This document shows, in pieces, positions 50,258-61,692 of a DNA stretch of 64,000 nt. Made by a program: the position numbers and the translations under genes. Below the pieces are notes generated by a model. That model was not told the DNA's origin and made no database searches. It saw only the letters and a list, made by a program, of their open reading frames with translations. The stretch lies in the NCBI GenBank assembly GCA_963665235.2, contig CAXXLX010000001.1:896001-960000 (forward strand). Reading direction: 5' to 3'. How positions within the stretch are numbered: the stretch's first letter is position 1; every line of letters starts with the position of its first letter. The stretch comes from Candidatus Poribacteria bacterium. GTDB lineage: Bacteria > Poribacteria > WGA-4E > WGA-3G.

Positions 50258-51223
50258 ATGATTCAAAAATTTTTATGGACAATTCTGCTAATATGGACCG
50301 CAACGCCGTGCAGTGCTGTTTTTGAGGGAACTGCCAACGCAGGCATCTTTATCAAAATCTATGAACAACGCGGGGAGTTCGGCAAACTTGCACTATGGCA
50401 TGAAGCGGCAGCTGAATGCCTCACCCTTATTTCTGTACCGATGAACGAGATTGCCTATAGCTATTACAAACGTCACGGATATGAGAAGTGGGCAGCGCGC
50501 ACACAAAAGGAGGCGTTGGAAATTCAGGAACAACGCCAATTCCATCGCGAATGTGCAAAAGCCGCTTGGGAAAAATCGGAAACGCCTCAGTCTGTCCTTA
50601 ACGCGGAACGCCAAAAGATTGCAAAATTCATCGCAACGTGGCTTCCCTACTATCCGAACAAGTTTTACGACTTCGGCATCTATGCCACTTTTTTTAGAGC
50701 ACTTAAAGCAGCTGCTAAAGCTGAAGGAGACTATGCAAAAGTGTTGCAGCTTGAAGCAGATGCCGCTGAAATGTGTGCAGCACAATATGAGCGGATTCCA
50801 ATAGCGTACAGTAAGGTAGTAGGCACACACCGTTGGGTTTCGGTAACAGATGGATTGAAAAATTATGCACAATTTAGAGATGCATATCTCCAACATGCAA
50901 CCCTACTCCGTATACTTGCAAAGCGGAGCTCAGCGGGATTGCCCCCTGAAGTAGACGTTGGCAACCTACAGGTCCAACTTAAGCGACCTAAACCTGAAAT
51001 ATCACCGAGGAGACAGGCGGACGCGATTATTAACATCGCAAAATCTGAACCGCGCATCAAAGCGGTGCTAGCAATGCAAAAAGGCGTTCGTGAATACGCT
51101 TGGTTTCAAGGATTTGCTTGGACAGTGAGTTTTTATAACCACGGTTGGGGCAATCTCGCCATTGCCGTTATTGATGACACGTCCGGAAACATTTTAGACA
51201 TCTTAGAAACTGATTTCCGATAA
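50258..51223 (+). CDS. Secreted hypothetical protein
   Basis: GGAGG RBS, signal peptide MIQKFLWTILLIW; operonic position. Confidence 0.65.
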   Translation: MIQKFLWTILLIWTATPCSAVFEGTANAGIFIKIYEQRGEFGKLALWHEAAAECLTLISVPMNEIAYSYYKRHGYEKWAARTQKEALEIQEQRQFHRECAKAAWEKSETPQSVLNAERQKIAKFIATWLPYYPNKFYDFGIYATFFRALKAAAKAEGDYAKVLQLEADAAEMCAAQYERIPIAYSKVVGTHRWVSVTDGLKNYAQFRDAYLQHATLLRILAKRSSAGLPPEVDVGNLQVQLKRPKPEISPRRQADAIINIAKSEPRIKAVLAMQKGVREYAWFQGFAWTVSFYNHGWGNLAIAVIDDTSGNILDILETDFR

Positions 51224-51227
51224 AGGT

Positions 51228-54200
51228 ATGAATCAAAAGAGACACTCAAAAATCCTATCCCTTTTAGTTCTATTTATTATTAGCGTGCTTTGTCATTACG
51301 GCATTCCCGTTGGACATGCTACCCCATCCGAAGTCACGCCTGGTGAGTTGTTAATTCGACTGACCCCGGAAGCATCGGTGGCATCAGGAGATTCGATAGC
51401 CGCGTTGTCCGAAAAGCACGGCGTGACGTATATGAACTCTGTTTTTCCGGCTTCATCCGCTCCCTTAAAACATAACGCGCGTTTACAGCGGACATATCTC
51501 CTTCGGTTTTCCGCTGCTGCGGACCTTTCAGTCCTCAAAGCAACGTTTGAGGCGAGCGACCTCGTTGAGGCGGTCGCCTATAACTATCTCCGTCCAACAT
51601 TAGCTTCCGATGAAATTGTTCCCGATGACCCAAAATATCCGGAACAGTGGAGTTTACCGCTGATTAAATTACCGCAAGCGTGGGGAATTGAAAAGGGGAA
51701 TAGGGACGTGATTATCGCCATCATCGATTCTGGCATTGATTATAAACACGAAGACCTCGCCTCGAAAATATGGACAAACCCTGGTGAGATTCCTGATAAT
51801 GGATTAGATGATGATGGAAACGGTTACGTTGATGACATGCACGGTTGGGATTTTACCGATGCCCCCAATTTGCAGGCAGTGGGGGATTTCACAGAACGTG
51901 ATAACGAGCCGCTTGATAGCTCCGGGCATGGGACGCATGTTGCTGGTATTGCTGGTGCAATGCCGGATAACGGTATCGGTATTGCCGGGGTTGCTTGGAA
52001 TTGTCCGTTGATGGCGGTACGTTCTGGCTTGTCCCTCGGGGGCGGCTCCCGGATGCAAGATGACGACTCCGCTGCCGCGATTGTCTACGCTGCTGACAAC
52101 GGTGCTAGTGTTATCAACATGAGCTGGGGCAGCGAACAACGTTCCTTCGTTATCCAGGATGCGATTGATTACGCTTATGCTCGAGGGGTTGTCTTAGTAG
52201 GGGCGGCGGGAAATTCACAGAAAGCTGCCAGCATTTTTCCCGCGGGCTACCGAAAAGTTATCGCTGTGGCTTCAACGGAACAACATCAACGCCGTTTTTA
52301 TCAATCCAATTATGGTGCCTCTATTGATATCGGCGCGCCCGGCAACGCTATTCTCAGCACACAAATTGACAATTCTTATAGAATCCTTACAGGTACCTCT
52401 ATGGCAGCCCCCCATGTTGCCGGCGTTGCAGCCCTGCTCCGTTCAAAACGCCCTACCCTCACACACGAAGAAATTCGCCAAATACTAGTCAGGACAGCTG
52501 ATGCTGTTTTGCTGGCAGACAGCGATGCCCCTGAGCCGAAATTTGTTGGGGCTGGCACCTTGAATGCCGAACGCGCCCTACTAACCAGCGGTGCATTACA
52601 AGCCCGCATTCTTGCACCCGAAACCAATAGCGGGGGTGCAAACGCAATAACAATTGTCGGCACTGCAGGCGGCTATAAGTTTGCCTCCTGGCAGCTGGCT
52701 TACGGGTCTACCACTGTGCCTACCGAATTTATTCCGTTCACCGGTATCATGACTACGCAGAAGGTTTCGGAACACCTCGCTGTCTGGGACACTACAACTG
52801 TGCCAGAGGGGATTTACACCGTACGCCTGCTGGTCACAGCCACAGACGGCAGCCAAACCCATGACCAGGTCGTCCTAGCAGTAGACCGCACCCCCCCGCA
52901 AGTTTTCGCGCTCGATGCAATTGAGACCCTTTACGGAGCGGAGTCCATTACGATTTTTACATGGGCGACCGATGATGTAACCCGAAACACTCTCTATTAC
53001 CGCCGTAAAGGGCAAATCACACCTTTTGCACACTTTGAGGAAAACGAATTCGGGAAAGAGCATCTCTTCTCTTTCGGTAACCTTGAAACGGGGACATACC
53101 AATTTTTTATTGAGGCACAGAACACCGTCGGATTGAAGACAACTGATGACAACCACGGACAGCTTTACACATATAACGTCACTGGGCATCCCATCTCGCC
53201 GAACGGATTCACTGAGGTGCCCCTCGACCTGCCCTCACTCCACATTGTCAGCCTCACCACAGACTTTGATAGAGATGGAAAACCCGAAATTGTCGGCACC
53301 CCCTTGTCAGAAACAGATACTACAGATAAATTTTCTATACCGCATATCCTTGAGATTTATGAACGCACCTCAACCGGGAAGTATAAACTTGAACATGCCC
53401 TCTCCAACGTAGAAACCGTTGCTAATCCTGATATAATCTCAAATCGGGGGGTTGATTTGGAAACGTTCACACCGTGGGCAGTAGACGACACAGACAACGA
53501 TGGATTGTTAGAAATATTGGCGAGCGACAAAGAGCGGACCTTTCTGATAGAGAGCCTTGCCCCGGGCAAATACCCTGAACAAATCATAATGGAATCTCTA
53601 TATATCACTGGCGGGAACATTGCCGACCTGGATGGCGATGGCAGAAAGGAAATTGTCGGTGCCGATAATAACAACGGCCGGCTTCTCATCTTTGAGACCC
53701 GCGGAGATAACCTATATGCGGAAACAGCTGAGTTGATTAATGAAACCGAGGGCGCGAATATTTTCGCAAAACAGTTCGCTATCGCTGACTTTGATGGGGA
53801 CGATGGTACGCCTGAGCTTGTCGCGGGCGATAGCGAAGGGGAGCTCTTTATTTACGCTGCTACTGCCAATGACAACTTCCAGCTACAGTGGCAGACACAG
53901 CTCGATATCCGCGATATCACCCAATTTGCCACGGGGGATTTGACCGGCGATGGCACACCGGAGCTTGTTGTTGGGGGTAACACCGCCTCACCGGATGTGC
54001 CCTCAGCCCCATCTATTTGGAAATTCCTTATTTTCACCTACACCCCCGCGGGTTATACGCTCCTTTCGGAACACGCTATTGCCCCCTATCGACACGACGG
54101 GAATAGCCTCGCTATTGCCGAATTAGATGGAGACGCACACAATGAACTTGTCATTATCACATATCCGAACCTTTACGTGATGAAGTGGAATGGCACAACA

Positions 54201-55286
54201 TTTTTACCGGTCTGGCACCGGGAGGTCTCCGAAACGCCTATGCTCTTGACAACCGACCTAAATAACAACGGATTTGACGAACTTTACGTGAATTTGGATT
54301 CCGATGGCGTGCATCGTGTTGAATCTATCTATGCTACAGATAGGAATTCTATCGAACCGCTCACGCCGTGGAACGTCGCCGCAACGCCTTTGACAGCGAA
54401 AACAGTTCAAATCACGTGGACAACCGCACAAACGGCCACCTTAACGGAAAGCGGCGGGCCTCCTGTTTTCACGCTCTATCGCGCGACCGGTGGAAAGGAT
54501 GAAGCACCAGCAGCCTCCGCGTTTGAGGTGCTCGTAGAGAATCTCACCGGCACCCGATTCTTAGATAGAACTGTCACCCCGAATAACACCTACTGGTACA
54601 CCCTCACGGCGGAGGTGGAAGCGGGCAAGGAGACATCGCGCACCGAGGCTGTCTCCGTAACACCGCGCGAACCCGCTAAATTAACGAGTGCCACCTATCA
54701 CCCGCCTAATTGGGTCACTGTTACATTCGACCGGCCGATGGGCGTGTCTATTGCAGACGCAACCAGATATCTCCTGCGCGAACCTAAACGGATTGACGGT
54801 GTCCGCCCGACATCGGCTATACGCGGTAGAATGAGCACACACGCCATCTTAACCTTTGATACGGCAAGTATGCAACGTCTTAAGATAGGAGCGGCGAACG
54901 GATATGAGCTAACTGTCTCCTCTGTTTACGATGCAGATGAAAACCCGCTTCGCACCGCAACACTTCCCCTTGAAATCCCCCTGAAACACGGTGAAACGGC
55001 GGTGACAGATTTCACACAAGTACGCGTCTATCCCAATCCTGTGTATCCCACCCAAGCGGACAAAGGGGTGATTACGTTTGATAATGTGCCTGTTGGCACC
55101 CGTATTCAGCTCCTCGCGCCTGATGGAAGCCCACTTGAGAATCTTGAGGTCACCGAAAGCGATGGCAATCGCAAACAGTGGTGGTTGACAAGCAATCGTA
55201 CTGCTGATGTATCAACCGGTGTCTATATCTACATCCTTGAATTTGACACCTTGAAGCAGATAGGAAAAATCGCCGTGATTAAGTGA
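51228..55286 (+). CDS. Secreted S8 subtilisin-like protease with FG-GAP/VCBS repeats and C-terminal Ig-like tail
   Basis: IDSG, HGTHVAG, GTSMAAPHVAG triad; multiple D.DGDG..E repeats; YPNP...GVYIY C-terminus. Confidence 0.9.
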   Translation: MNQKRHSKILSLLVLFIISVLCHYGIPVGHATPSEVTPGELLIRLTPEASVASGDSIAALSEKHGVTYMNSVFPASSAPLKHNARLQRTYLLRFSAAADLSVLKATFEASDLVEAVAYNYLRPTLASDEIVPDDPKYPEQWSLPLIKLPQAWGIEKGNRDVIIAIIDSGIDYKHEDLASKIWTNPGEIPDNGLDDDGNGYVDDMHGWDFTDAPNLQAVGDFTERDNEPLDSSGHGTHVAGIAGAMPDNGIGIAGVAWNCPLMAVRSGLSLGGGSRMQDDDSAAAIVYAADNGASVINMSWGSEQRSFVIQDAIDYAYARGVVLVGAAGNSQKAASIFPAGYRKVIAVASTEQHQRRFYQSNYGASIDIGAPGNAILSTQIDNSYRILTGTSMAAPHVAGVAALLRSKRPTLTHEEIRQILVRTADAVLLADSDAPEPKFVGAGTLNAERALLTSGALQARILAPETNSGGANAITIVGTAGGYKFASWQLAYGSTTVPTEFIPFTGIMTTQKVSEHLAVWDTTTVPEGIYTVRLLVTATDGSQTHDQVVLAVDRTPPQVFALDAIETLYGAESITIFTWATDDVTRNTLYYRRKGQITPFAHFEENEFGKEHLFSFGNLETGTYQFFIEAQNTVGLKTTDDNHGQLYTYNVTGHPISPNGFTEVPLDLPSLHIVSLTTDFDRDGKPEIVGTPLSETDTTDKFSIPHILEIYERTSTGKYKLEHALSNVETVANPDIISNRGVDLETFTPWAVDDTDNDGLLEILASDKERTFLIESLAPGKYPEQIIMESLYITGGNIADLDGDGRKEIVGADNNNGRLLIFETRGDNLYAETAELINETEGANIFAKQFAIADFDGDDGTPELVAGDSEGELFIYAATANDNFQLQWQTQLDIRDITQFATGDLTGDGTPELVVGGNTASPDVPSAPSIWKFLIFTYTPAGYTLLSEHAIAPYRHDGNSLAIAELDGDAHNELVIITYPNLYVMKWNGTTFLPVWHREVSETPMLLTTDLNNNGFDELYVNLDSDGVHRVESIYATDRNSIEPLTPWNVAATPLTAKTVQITWTTAQTATLTESGGPPVFTLYRATGGKDEAPAASAFEVLVENLTGTRFLDRTVTPNNTYWYTLTAEVEAGKETSRTEAVSVTPREPAKLTSATYHPPNWVTVTFDRPMGVSIADATRYLLREPKRIDGVRPTSAIRGRMSTHAILTFDTASMQRLKIGAANGYELTVSSVYDADENPLRTATLPLEIPLKHGETAVTDFTQVRVYPNPVYPTQADKGVITFDNVPVGTRIQLLAPDGSPLENLEVTESDGNRKQWWLTSNRTADVSTGVYIYILEFDTLKQIGKIAVIK

Positions 55287-56381
55287 CTAAATTTTGGACA
55301 ATTGTGGTATAAAAGGTAAAGTCACAACTGTGCCATCAATACGTCCATCAGGGGTTTCAATTTGCACCGGACTGCCATCTGCTGTGACTGCCATTCTAAC
55401 GTATCCGAGGGCTATCGTTTTTTGTAGGGTGGGGGCATAGGTAGCACTAGTGACCCAGCCTATCGCTTTGTCCGCGCTGTAAATTGAGGCGTTCTGTTGT
55501 GGTACATATTCTGCTTGGAGCTCAATTCCGCGCAGGAGGCGGTTTGGGTGTCCGCGATATTTCATTCTCGCCACAATCTCTTGGCCGATATAGCAGCCCT
55601 TCTCAAAATTGATGGCGTGTTCTAATTCTGCCTCAAGGGGAATAACAGCATCGGTTAATTCTGTTCCGTATCTAGGCGTGCCAGCCTCAATTCTGAGCGA
55701 TTGTAGCGCGTTCCATCCGACTGGCTGCGCGTCTGCGTCTACAGTCATTAACCTTTCCCAGAGCCACGCTAACGATTCGGCTGCGGTATAGAGATGATAG
55801 CCTATTTCGCCAGTAATATCTAATCGGACACAGACAATCCACCGGTCATCCTCTCTCCAAAAGCGGTTGTGATATTCCGGTAGGGTGCGGAGGTCTGTCA
55901 GGTTTAGGGCTGTTTCGACGAGTTCAGGCGACTTTGGGCCATAGACAGCAATTGTCCCTGTTTTCTCTGTTAGTACATCAAGTTCAACATCATCGGCGAT
56001 GATATATTTGTCCAATTCTGTGAAGAGGCTTTCGGTCGTTTCAGGCGCGGTGCTGATGCCGATTACGTTTTCGAGTACATATACGTTCATATCCGCGATG
56101 ATTTTGCCGCGATGCGTTAGAAGCAGGGCATAATTGCCCTCCCCAGCAGTGAGGGGTTCAACGTCGTTGGAGATGAGACGGTGTAGGAATTTTGCCCGGT
56201 CGTCGCCTGTTAGCAAGAGTCTACCGCGGTGCGACAGGTCGGCAATACCGACGTTATTTCTAACAGCGTGGTGTTCCGAAATGGCATCGGTGAACTGTGT
56301 GACTAAATTCCAACCTTCGTGCTTTTCAGCAAAGGTTGCACCGAGTTGGCGGTGTATATCATAAAGTGGTGTTGTCTTCAT
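55287..56381 (-). CDS. ygfZ: Folate-binding aminomethyltransferase-family protein (YgfZ/GcvT-like)
   Basis: DLSHRG, LRIEAG.P.YG, KGCYIGQE signature. Confidence 0.78.
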   Translation of the reverse strand: MKTTPLYDIHRQLGATFAEKHEGWNLVTQFTDAISEHHAVRNNVGIADLSHRGRLLLTGDDRAKFLHRLISNDVEPLTAGEGNYALLLTHRGKIIADMNVYVLENVIGISTAPETTESLFTELDKYIIADDVELDVLTEKTGTIAVYGPKSPELVETALNLTDLRTLPEYHNRFWREDDRWIVCVRLDITGEIGYHLYTAAESLAWLWERLMTVDADAQPVGWNALQSLRIEAGTPRYGTELTDAVIPLEAELEHAINFEKGCYIGQEIVARMKYRGHPNRLLRGIELQAEYVPQQNASIYSADKAIGWVTSATYAPTLQKTIALGYVRMAVTADGSPVQIETPDGRIDGTVVTLPFIPQLSKI

Positions 56382-56402
56382 TTTTTGATATTTCCTTGCG
56401 GG

Positions 56403-59400
56403 TTAAAATATGCGCCCTAAGCGTAAAATGAGCATAGGATTTCGTAAAGAGAGTGTCGGACTGAGAGGCTCGGCAATTTCAAGCCCAATGCTCCACGGGG
56501 TCTGTTCGTCGACCGGCACCATGAAAAAGGAGCAGCCGATGCCGATTGAGGTTTTTAGCTGCCTTACGAAAGTGTCAGCATAAACATTTTCATTGGCCCA
56601 CCAAACCTGGCCGGTATCCAGAAAACAGCTCAGTGTCCATCCGACATGTAGGTTAGGGGTAGTGTGTCTAACGTGGGTTTCCTCTATAAACCGATATTCA
56701 ATATTGAGCAAAACGCGGTTATCACCGGCGAAGGTGTTGAACGGATAACCTCTGAGTGTAAAGGGGCCGCCGAGGTACAGGAGGTGTTGTCTGGGCAAAG
56801 GTGCATCGGAAAAATCCCCGGCAAGTCGTACGTTTAAGGTATGCCGATTGAAGAGCGGTGTATAACGTGCTATCTCAAACCCGTAGGTATTGAAAGTGAA
56901 ATCGCTTTGGAGGCGTTCTCCTGTGGTTCGAATCGTGAGGTGTCCGCGCCATCCGCGCCGGGTGCGTTCATTTGCCCAGGGCACCATGTGACTCCCTATA
57001 TTTTCCAAACGTTGAAGTGTCGCCTTTTGGTCACGAGTGTCAAACGTCCATCTGAGCGAGAGCATTCTCAACTGCCCTCGATTAATTCGGGGGTTGCCGG
57101 GCTTAATCTGTTTTCGGTTAAGATAGCTCCAATCGGTTGATTTAAATAGGTTATCATGGTTCTCCTGTGTGAATGTGAATCGGAGCTGTGCCGAGGTACC
57201 ATAATCTTGGACTATCCAAGTTTGATATCCTGCGCGTTGATAGTAATCTTCATAGGCAGTCCCGTAAATAGCATCGCTGAGACTGGCGAGCGTAGTGGAT
57301 GAATAGTTATTGTAACTTACATCTGTCAGTTTGTAGAACCCGGTGCCGAATTTGAGCGGGTACCGCTCCAAAAAACGTTTCTCAATACCGGCGTGATAAT
57401 TCCAGAGTTGACCGGAAAATCCGTAGCTGACTGAGCCGAAGAGCTGTTCCCACCGATGAGTTGGGTTGCAAGCGTTCCGCTGCCGCCTAAAACCAACCCG
57501 TGAACACGATTAAAGCCGACTATCGGTGCCCCGCTGTATTTAGCGAAGGGTTGTTCAACAATATTAACAATTAGTATATTTTTGCCGCCTTCGCGTTGTA
57601 TACGCCACCCTCGAACAGATTTAAACTGCTTGTTATCTCGTCTGAGTTTTTTGCGCATCAGCTCTATTTTCGATTCGCCGAGGGCATGATAATAAACATC
57701 TTCAAGGTTTAAGTCAAGGGCAGCTGTGAGTGCTGAACGCGAGATACGGCGATTTCCTGTAAAACGAATTTCATCTAAACTGCCTTCGCTAATGGTAAAC
57801 TGAAGCGTGTCGTTGTCAAATAGATGCGTAACGGTAGCAAATGTGTAACCGCGGTTCGCATAGAAATCGGCAATCATCTGCTGTTTCAGTTGTGCATTCG
57901 CGAGTGCGACATAACCCGGTGACAGGTCGAACCACCTTTTGATGAACAGTGTCGGAAATCCGCTGTTTCCCTCAATGTCAATTTTGCGGACAAACTTCAC
58001 AGGCGTTTCGATTACGCGGATGTGCAAATCAACTTTCATAGAGTCTTCAGGTCGCAATTGGGAGGTTGCTTCCACCTTTGCGGTTTCTTCAGTGAGTTGC
58101 GTCGATGGTGTTTCCAAGGGGTCGGGTGTTGCGACCATCGTCTCCAAACGCACCTCCTGAAACCAATCGTTGCTTTCCAATTCTGCAATCAACCATGCAA
58201 GCTGCGTATTGGTGACAGTGTCGCCCGGTGCGATAGGGAGGTGTTTTAGCACAACCTCGCTTGGAATTGTGGTGTTCCCCTCAATTTTAATTGCAGCAAC
58301 CGCCAATTTTTCTACCGCAGCAGGGGGTTGTGCTGCTGTCAGTGTCAGTGCTCCCAACGTTTCTGCCCAATGTGGCCACCACGGGTGTTCCACGTCGTAT
58401 AGCGGTAACCAAGCACTATATTCGCGGTATGCGGTAGAAGTGTGCTGGTCCGTGTCCGCAATGCTAGCTTGTGCTTTCCGGTGTGCATTGAAAAACCATG
58501 TGTTTTTAGTGTCCGCTTTCAATGCGCTACGCGGGATGGCGACCTCCAGGCTCCAGAAGGTTGCGTTAATTTGGGTTGCAACGTTGGCTCCTGAGTTCCA
58601 GTCGCTGTCTGCTACGAACGGTTGGATTTGTCCGGTTTCTGTTTTTTCAACGCGGCGGACGCTATCCCGTTTAACGTCAGCTGGGGCAAACCGAAAATTG
58701 GGGGGGCCTGGTGAAATGACCTGCTGGTCGAAGAACGCTCCAATCGGATTGAAAACGAAGTGATAGTAGGGTGAGGTTTGTGGATTCGGGTCGAGTAGGA
58801 TTTCGACCGCTTCGTCTTCCCAGATAGGCGAGTCGTGTTGGGTTTGTGAAATACGCGGAATTTGGTAGTCAGGGAAGTATGCCTTTGCCCCGATATAAAA
58901 GTTTTCCGCATCCGACATGAGAAATAGCTCCGTCCGATTTTCGGGCAATTCATCGCTGTCTACGAATTGAAAGGGGGACAGTGCGGCGGCTGTCTCCCAC
59001 ACCTTTTCAGATAAATTTCCATCGATAATAGGTGCCTGTAATGTTTGCGGCACAACTTGTGCAGGAGCTACGAGGATATCTGCCTCCTCCTGTCCCTCCG
59101 CTAGCGGGGGGGTGGGGGATGTCGCTGGCGTGCCGTTTTGTGAACTCTGTCTCTTTAGGATTGAGATTGCATCGGTGGCTGTCAAACGGAGCAGCGGGCC
59201 TCCACCGTTGATAAACGCCATGTTATTCTCTATCTCCGCGGGGAGGCTAATAATAACCCGCTGTTTCTGGCTTTTAAATTCGACGTTCGCAGTGTAATTT
59301 TCGTGCACATGCAACCGGATTGCGCCCCCGTGTGCGGTTAAATCCATCGGCGATGCAAGTCCATCGAGGAGGATAAGTTCAATTGACCCCTCCTCTGTTT

Positions 59401-60109
59401 TTATCCTATTTTGCCCTCGGGTCAACAAAATTTTTCCGTGAATGCTGCCCTGCGTTACATTGATGTTATAATTTCCGGAGATTTCATCTAGATGTACGCT
59501 CCCGGTCCCTGTTGTGATTGCTATTTTTCCACGGAGATGATGTAGCCGTACATCCCCCGTTTTCACATTGAGTTGAACGGAGACATCCGCAGGTGTCTTA
59601 ATTGCATAGTTCAATCGCAGTTGCTCTTTTAGGTTTTGTTGTGTTTCCTCGGGTGTCTCCTCTAACAGCTGGGCATCTATAAGAAGTGTACCGTCCCGCT
59701 TTGTTCCTGTTAAGGCGATTCCCTGTAGATAGGTTTTCGTCAATATTGGGTTATGTGCCAAACCACGCTTTTCCAACGTAACGCTAATAGTATTGCTGTT
59801 GTTATCCTCACTGTCCACAGCGACTATTTCAATGTCCCCGGGCGTATCCATGTTGATTTCTATCTGGTAAACATCATCGAAGCTGAAGGTCTGCGATGAA
59901 GTTGCTGTGAGCGTTTCAGGCGCGTCCGGTTGGGCAGGTGCGGGCTGTTCAGCTTCCGTTGCATCATCCTGAAATGCCGTGACAAATAGAGGCGGGGTTT
60001 CAGTAGGTTCAACCCAACCTACAACAATCAGCCCGAGCAGGAGGAAACACAATAGCTGTAGATAGTAAGAAGTGGTGTGAGGTATTGATACCATGTGAGA
60101 AGATTCCAT
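56403..60109 (-). pseudogene. Multidomain Omp85/BamA-like protein (DUF4097-like + CBM9-like + POTRA + beta-barrel), single frameshift near 57450
   Basis: PIIDGNLSEKVW...E.VEILLDP (CBM9-like); I.GN POTRA repeats; LRGY, NIEYR, FLDTGQVW and terminal F; one extra G in ggtggg restores EQLFGSVSYGFSG... Confidence 0.72.
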
Positions 60110-60411
60110 TTTTTTAATTCTGCTGCGCTGGGTGTATAAAGTTTTTGTCCATAAGTCCCAATTTGTGATAAAGTAGAAAAACAGATAGACACCGACTTCA
60201 AGACCCCTTCATCCCCTGCGAAAAAAGCGGTATAATTGTAGCATAAACTTCCTAGTTTGTGCTGTTTTTTGCTAAAACTACCACAGAACGCTCTAGGTCA
60301 AAACTTTTTTTCAAACTCGCGTTATCTATTGTGTTTCAATAATTAATGGGTAGCACGAAATCGTTTCGAAGGTAGCATGCCCGTGTGTCCATTGTTCCTG
60401 CTGTGATGAGA

Positions 60412-60444
60412 AAAAGCCGTGTTATACCCGGATAACACGGCTTT
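60412..60444. terminator. Terminator after the TolB-like gene
   Basis: aaagccgtgttat...ataacacggcttt stem. Confidence 0.7.
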
Positions 60445-60473
60445 CGTTTCAATAGAGGTTTAGCCTTAAGGGT

Positions 60474-61472
60474 TCACCTCTTTAGATTGCCCCACCTTAC
60501 TTTTTTTTTATCTAGTGGGGTGACAGAAAGCACTTTATCGCTTATCCAATCCGGGGAGTAGTCGTCTTGCGGATGGTTTGTCAGGTTGGTTATGTTGTCG
60601 TTGGCGAGATTATACCGGTAGATGTCAATCTGCCGATTTGGGGCATCGAGTGGCTCTGCGCCAATCAGCACCTGTTTTCCGTTGTCCATCCAACAGGCGG
60701 AATGTATTAACCAATCCTTGGGGGTTTCTAAAATCCGCCGCGCTTTTGTCCCGTGCTTTTGAATCACGAGGTTGTTTGTTAGTAGTTTGAATCCCTGCCC
60801 CGGCTCGTAGAGTGCTTCAACATACATAACAGATTTGCTATCTGGAGACCAACGTGGGCTACCGCGATACCAATTGTCAGCGCGAACAAGCGGTTGCGCG
60901 CGTTTTCCATCCGCATTCATCACGTAGATAGTTGTTAATCCGCGTGGGGGTTTCGCCTGTCGGTAGGCGATATATTTGCCATCGGGAGACCAGTCCGGCC
61001 CAGCAGCCCATTCCCGCAAACCTATATTGCGGGTTAGTTGTCGAATTTCTCGGGTTACGATGTCTATCACATGAATTTCAGCGTTTCCGCTCCGGTTAGA
61101 AGTGAATGCTAGGTGCCGGCCATCCGGGGCCCACGAATGATTGCCATCCAATGCCGCATCCTCGGTGAGCCGCTGTTCATTGCTGCCATCTCTATCGATG
61201 ATGAACATGTCTGTCTGCTGCCCCTTTTTCTCCGGGTCCACAATCACACTTCTCCAAAACGCAATATGCTTGCCATCCGGAGAATAGCGGGGCCCCGAAT
61301 CAGAGAAGGGAAACGGTGTGAAGGTTATTCTTTGGACATTGCTGCCATCATCGTCCATCACATAGAGATTGTTAGCTCCATCGCGCTGTGATTTAAAAAC
61401 GATTTTCGCAGTAGTAAGAGTAGGAACCAACAACAGAAGGCAGCAGGTAATAAAACGTTCATAGCGCATCAT
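60474..61472 (-). CDS. Secreted TolB-like (PD40 repeat) protein
   Basis: IVF.S.RDG, SPDG..IAF repeats; C-terminal KKVRWGNLK. Confidence 0.85.
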   Translation of the reverse strand: MMRYERFITCCLLLLVPTLTTAKIVFKSQRDGANNLYVMDDDGSNVQRITFTPFPFSDSGPRYSPDGKHIAFWRSVIVDPEKKGQQTDMFIIDRDGSNEQRLTEDAALDGNHSWAPDGRHLAFTSNRSGNAEIHVIDIVTREIRQLTRNIGLREWAAGPDWSPDGKYIAYRQAKPPRGLTTIYVMNADGKRAQPLVRADNWYRGSPRWSPDSKSVMYVEALYEPGQGFKLLTNNLVIQKHGTKARRILETPKDWLIHSACWMDNGKQVLIGAEPLDAPNRQIDIYRYNLANDNITNLTNHPQDDYSPDWISDKVLSVTPLDKKKVRWGNLKR

Positions 61473-61692
61473 TATGGTCTCCCATCATCCCTTTAAGGGA
61501 AGTTATGACACACCAACAAAATGGTCTGCCCATTATGAAAGTAGTTATAGCCCCTACGATTTCCACCATTCGGTGAAGTAAGCACACTGTGTGCATCGCG
61601 GATTCGGGACAAGTGCTTCTCTATCATTAACAATTATATGATAAATGCCATAAAATGTCAAGTGATTAATGTCACGATGCACGGCTGCGCGA

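Noticed and set aside
55286-55305. MITE TIR-like ctaaattttggacaatt at the S8/ygfZ junction
   Set aside because: It is a single end inside coding sequence, with no partner TIR or cargo; possibly a scar but unsupported.
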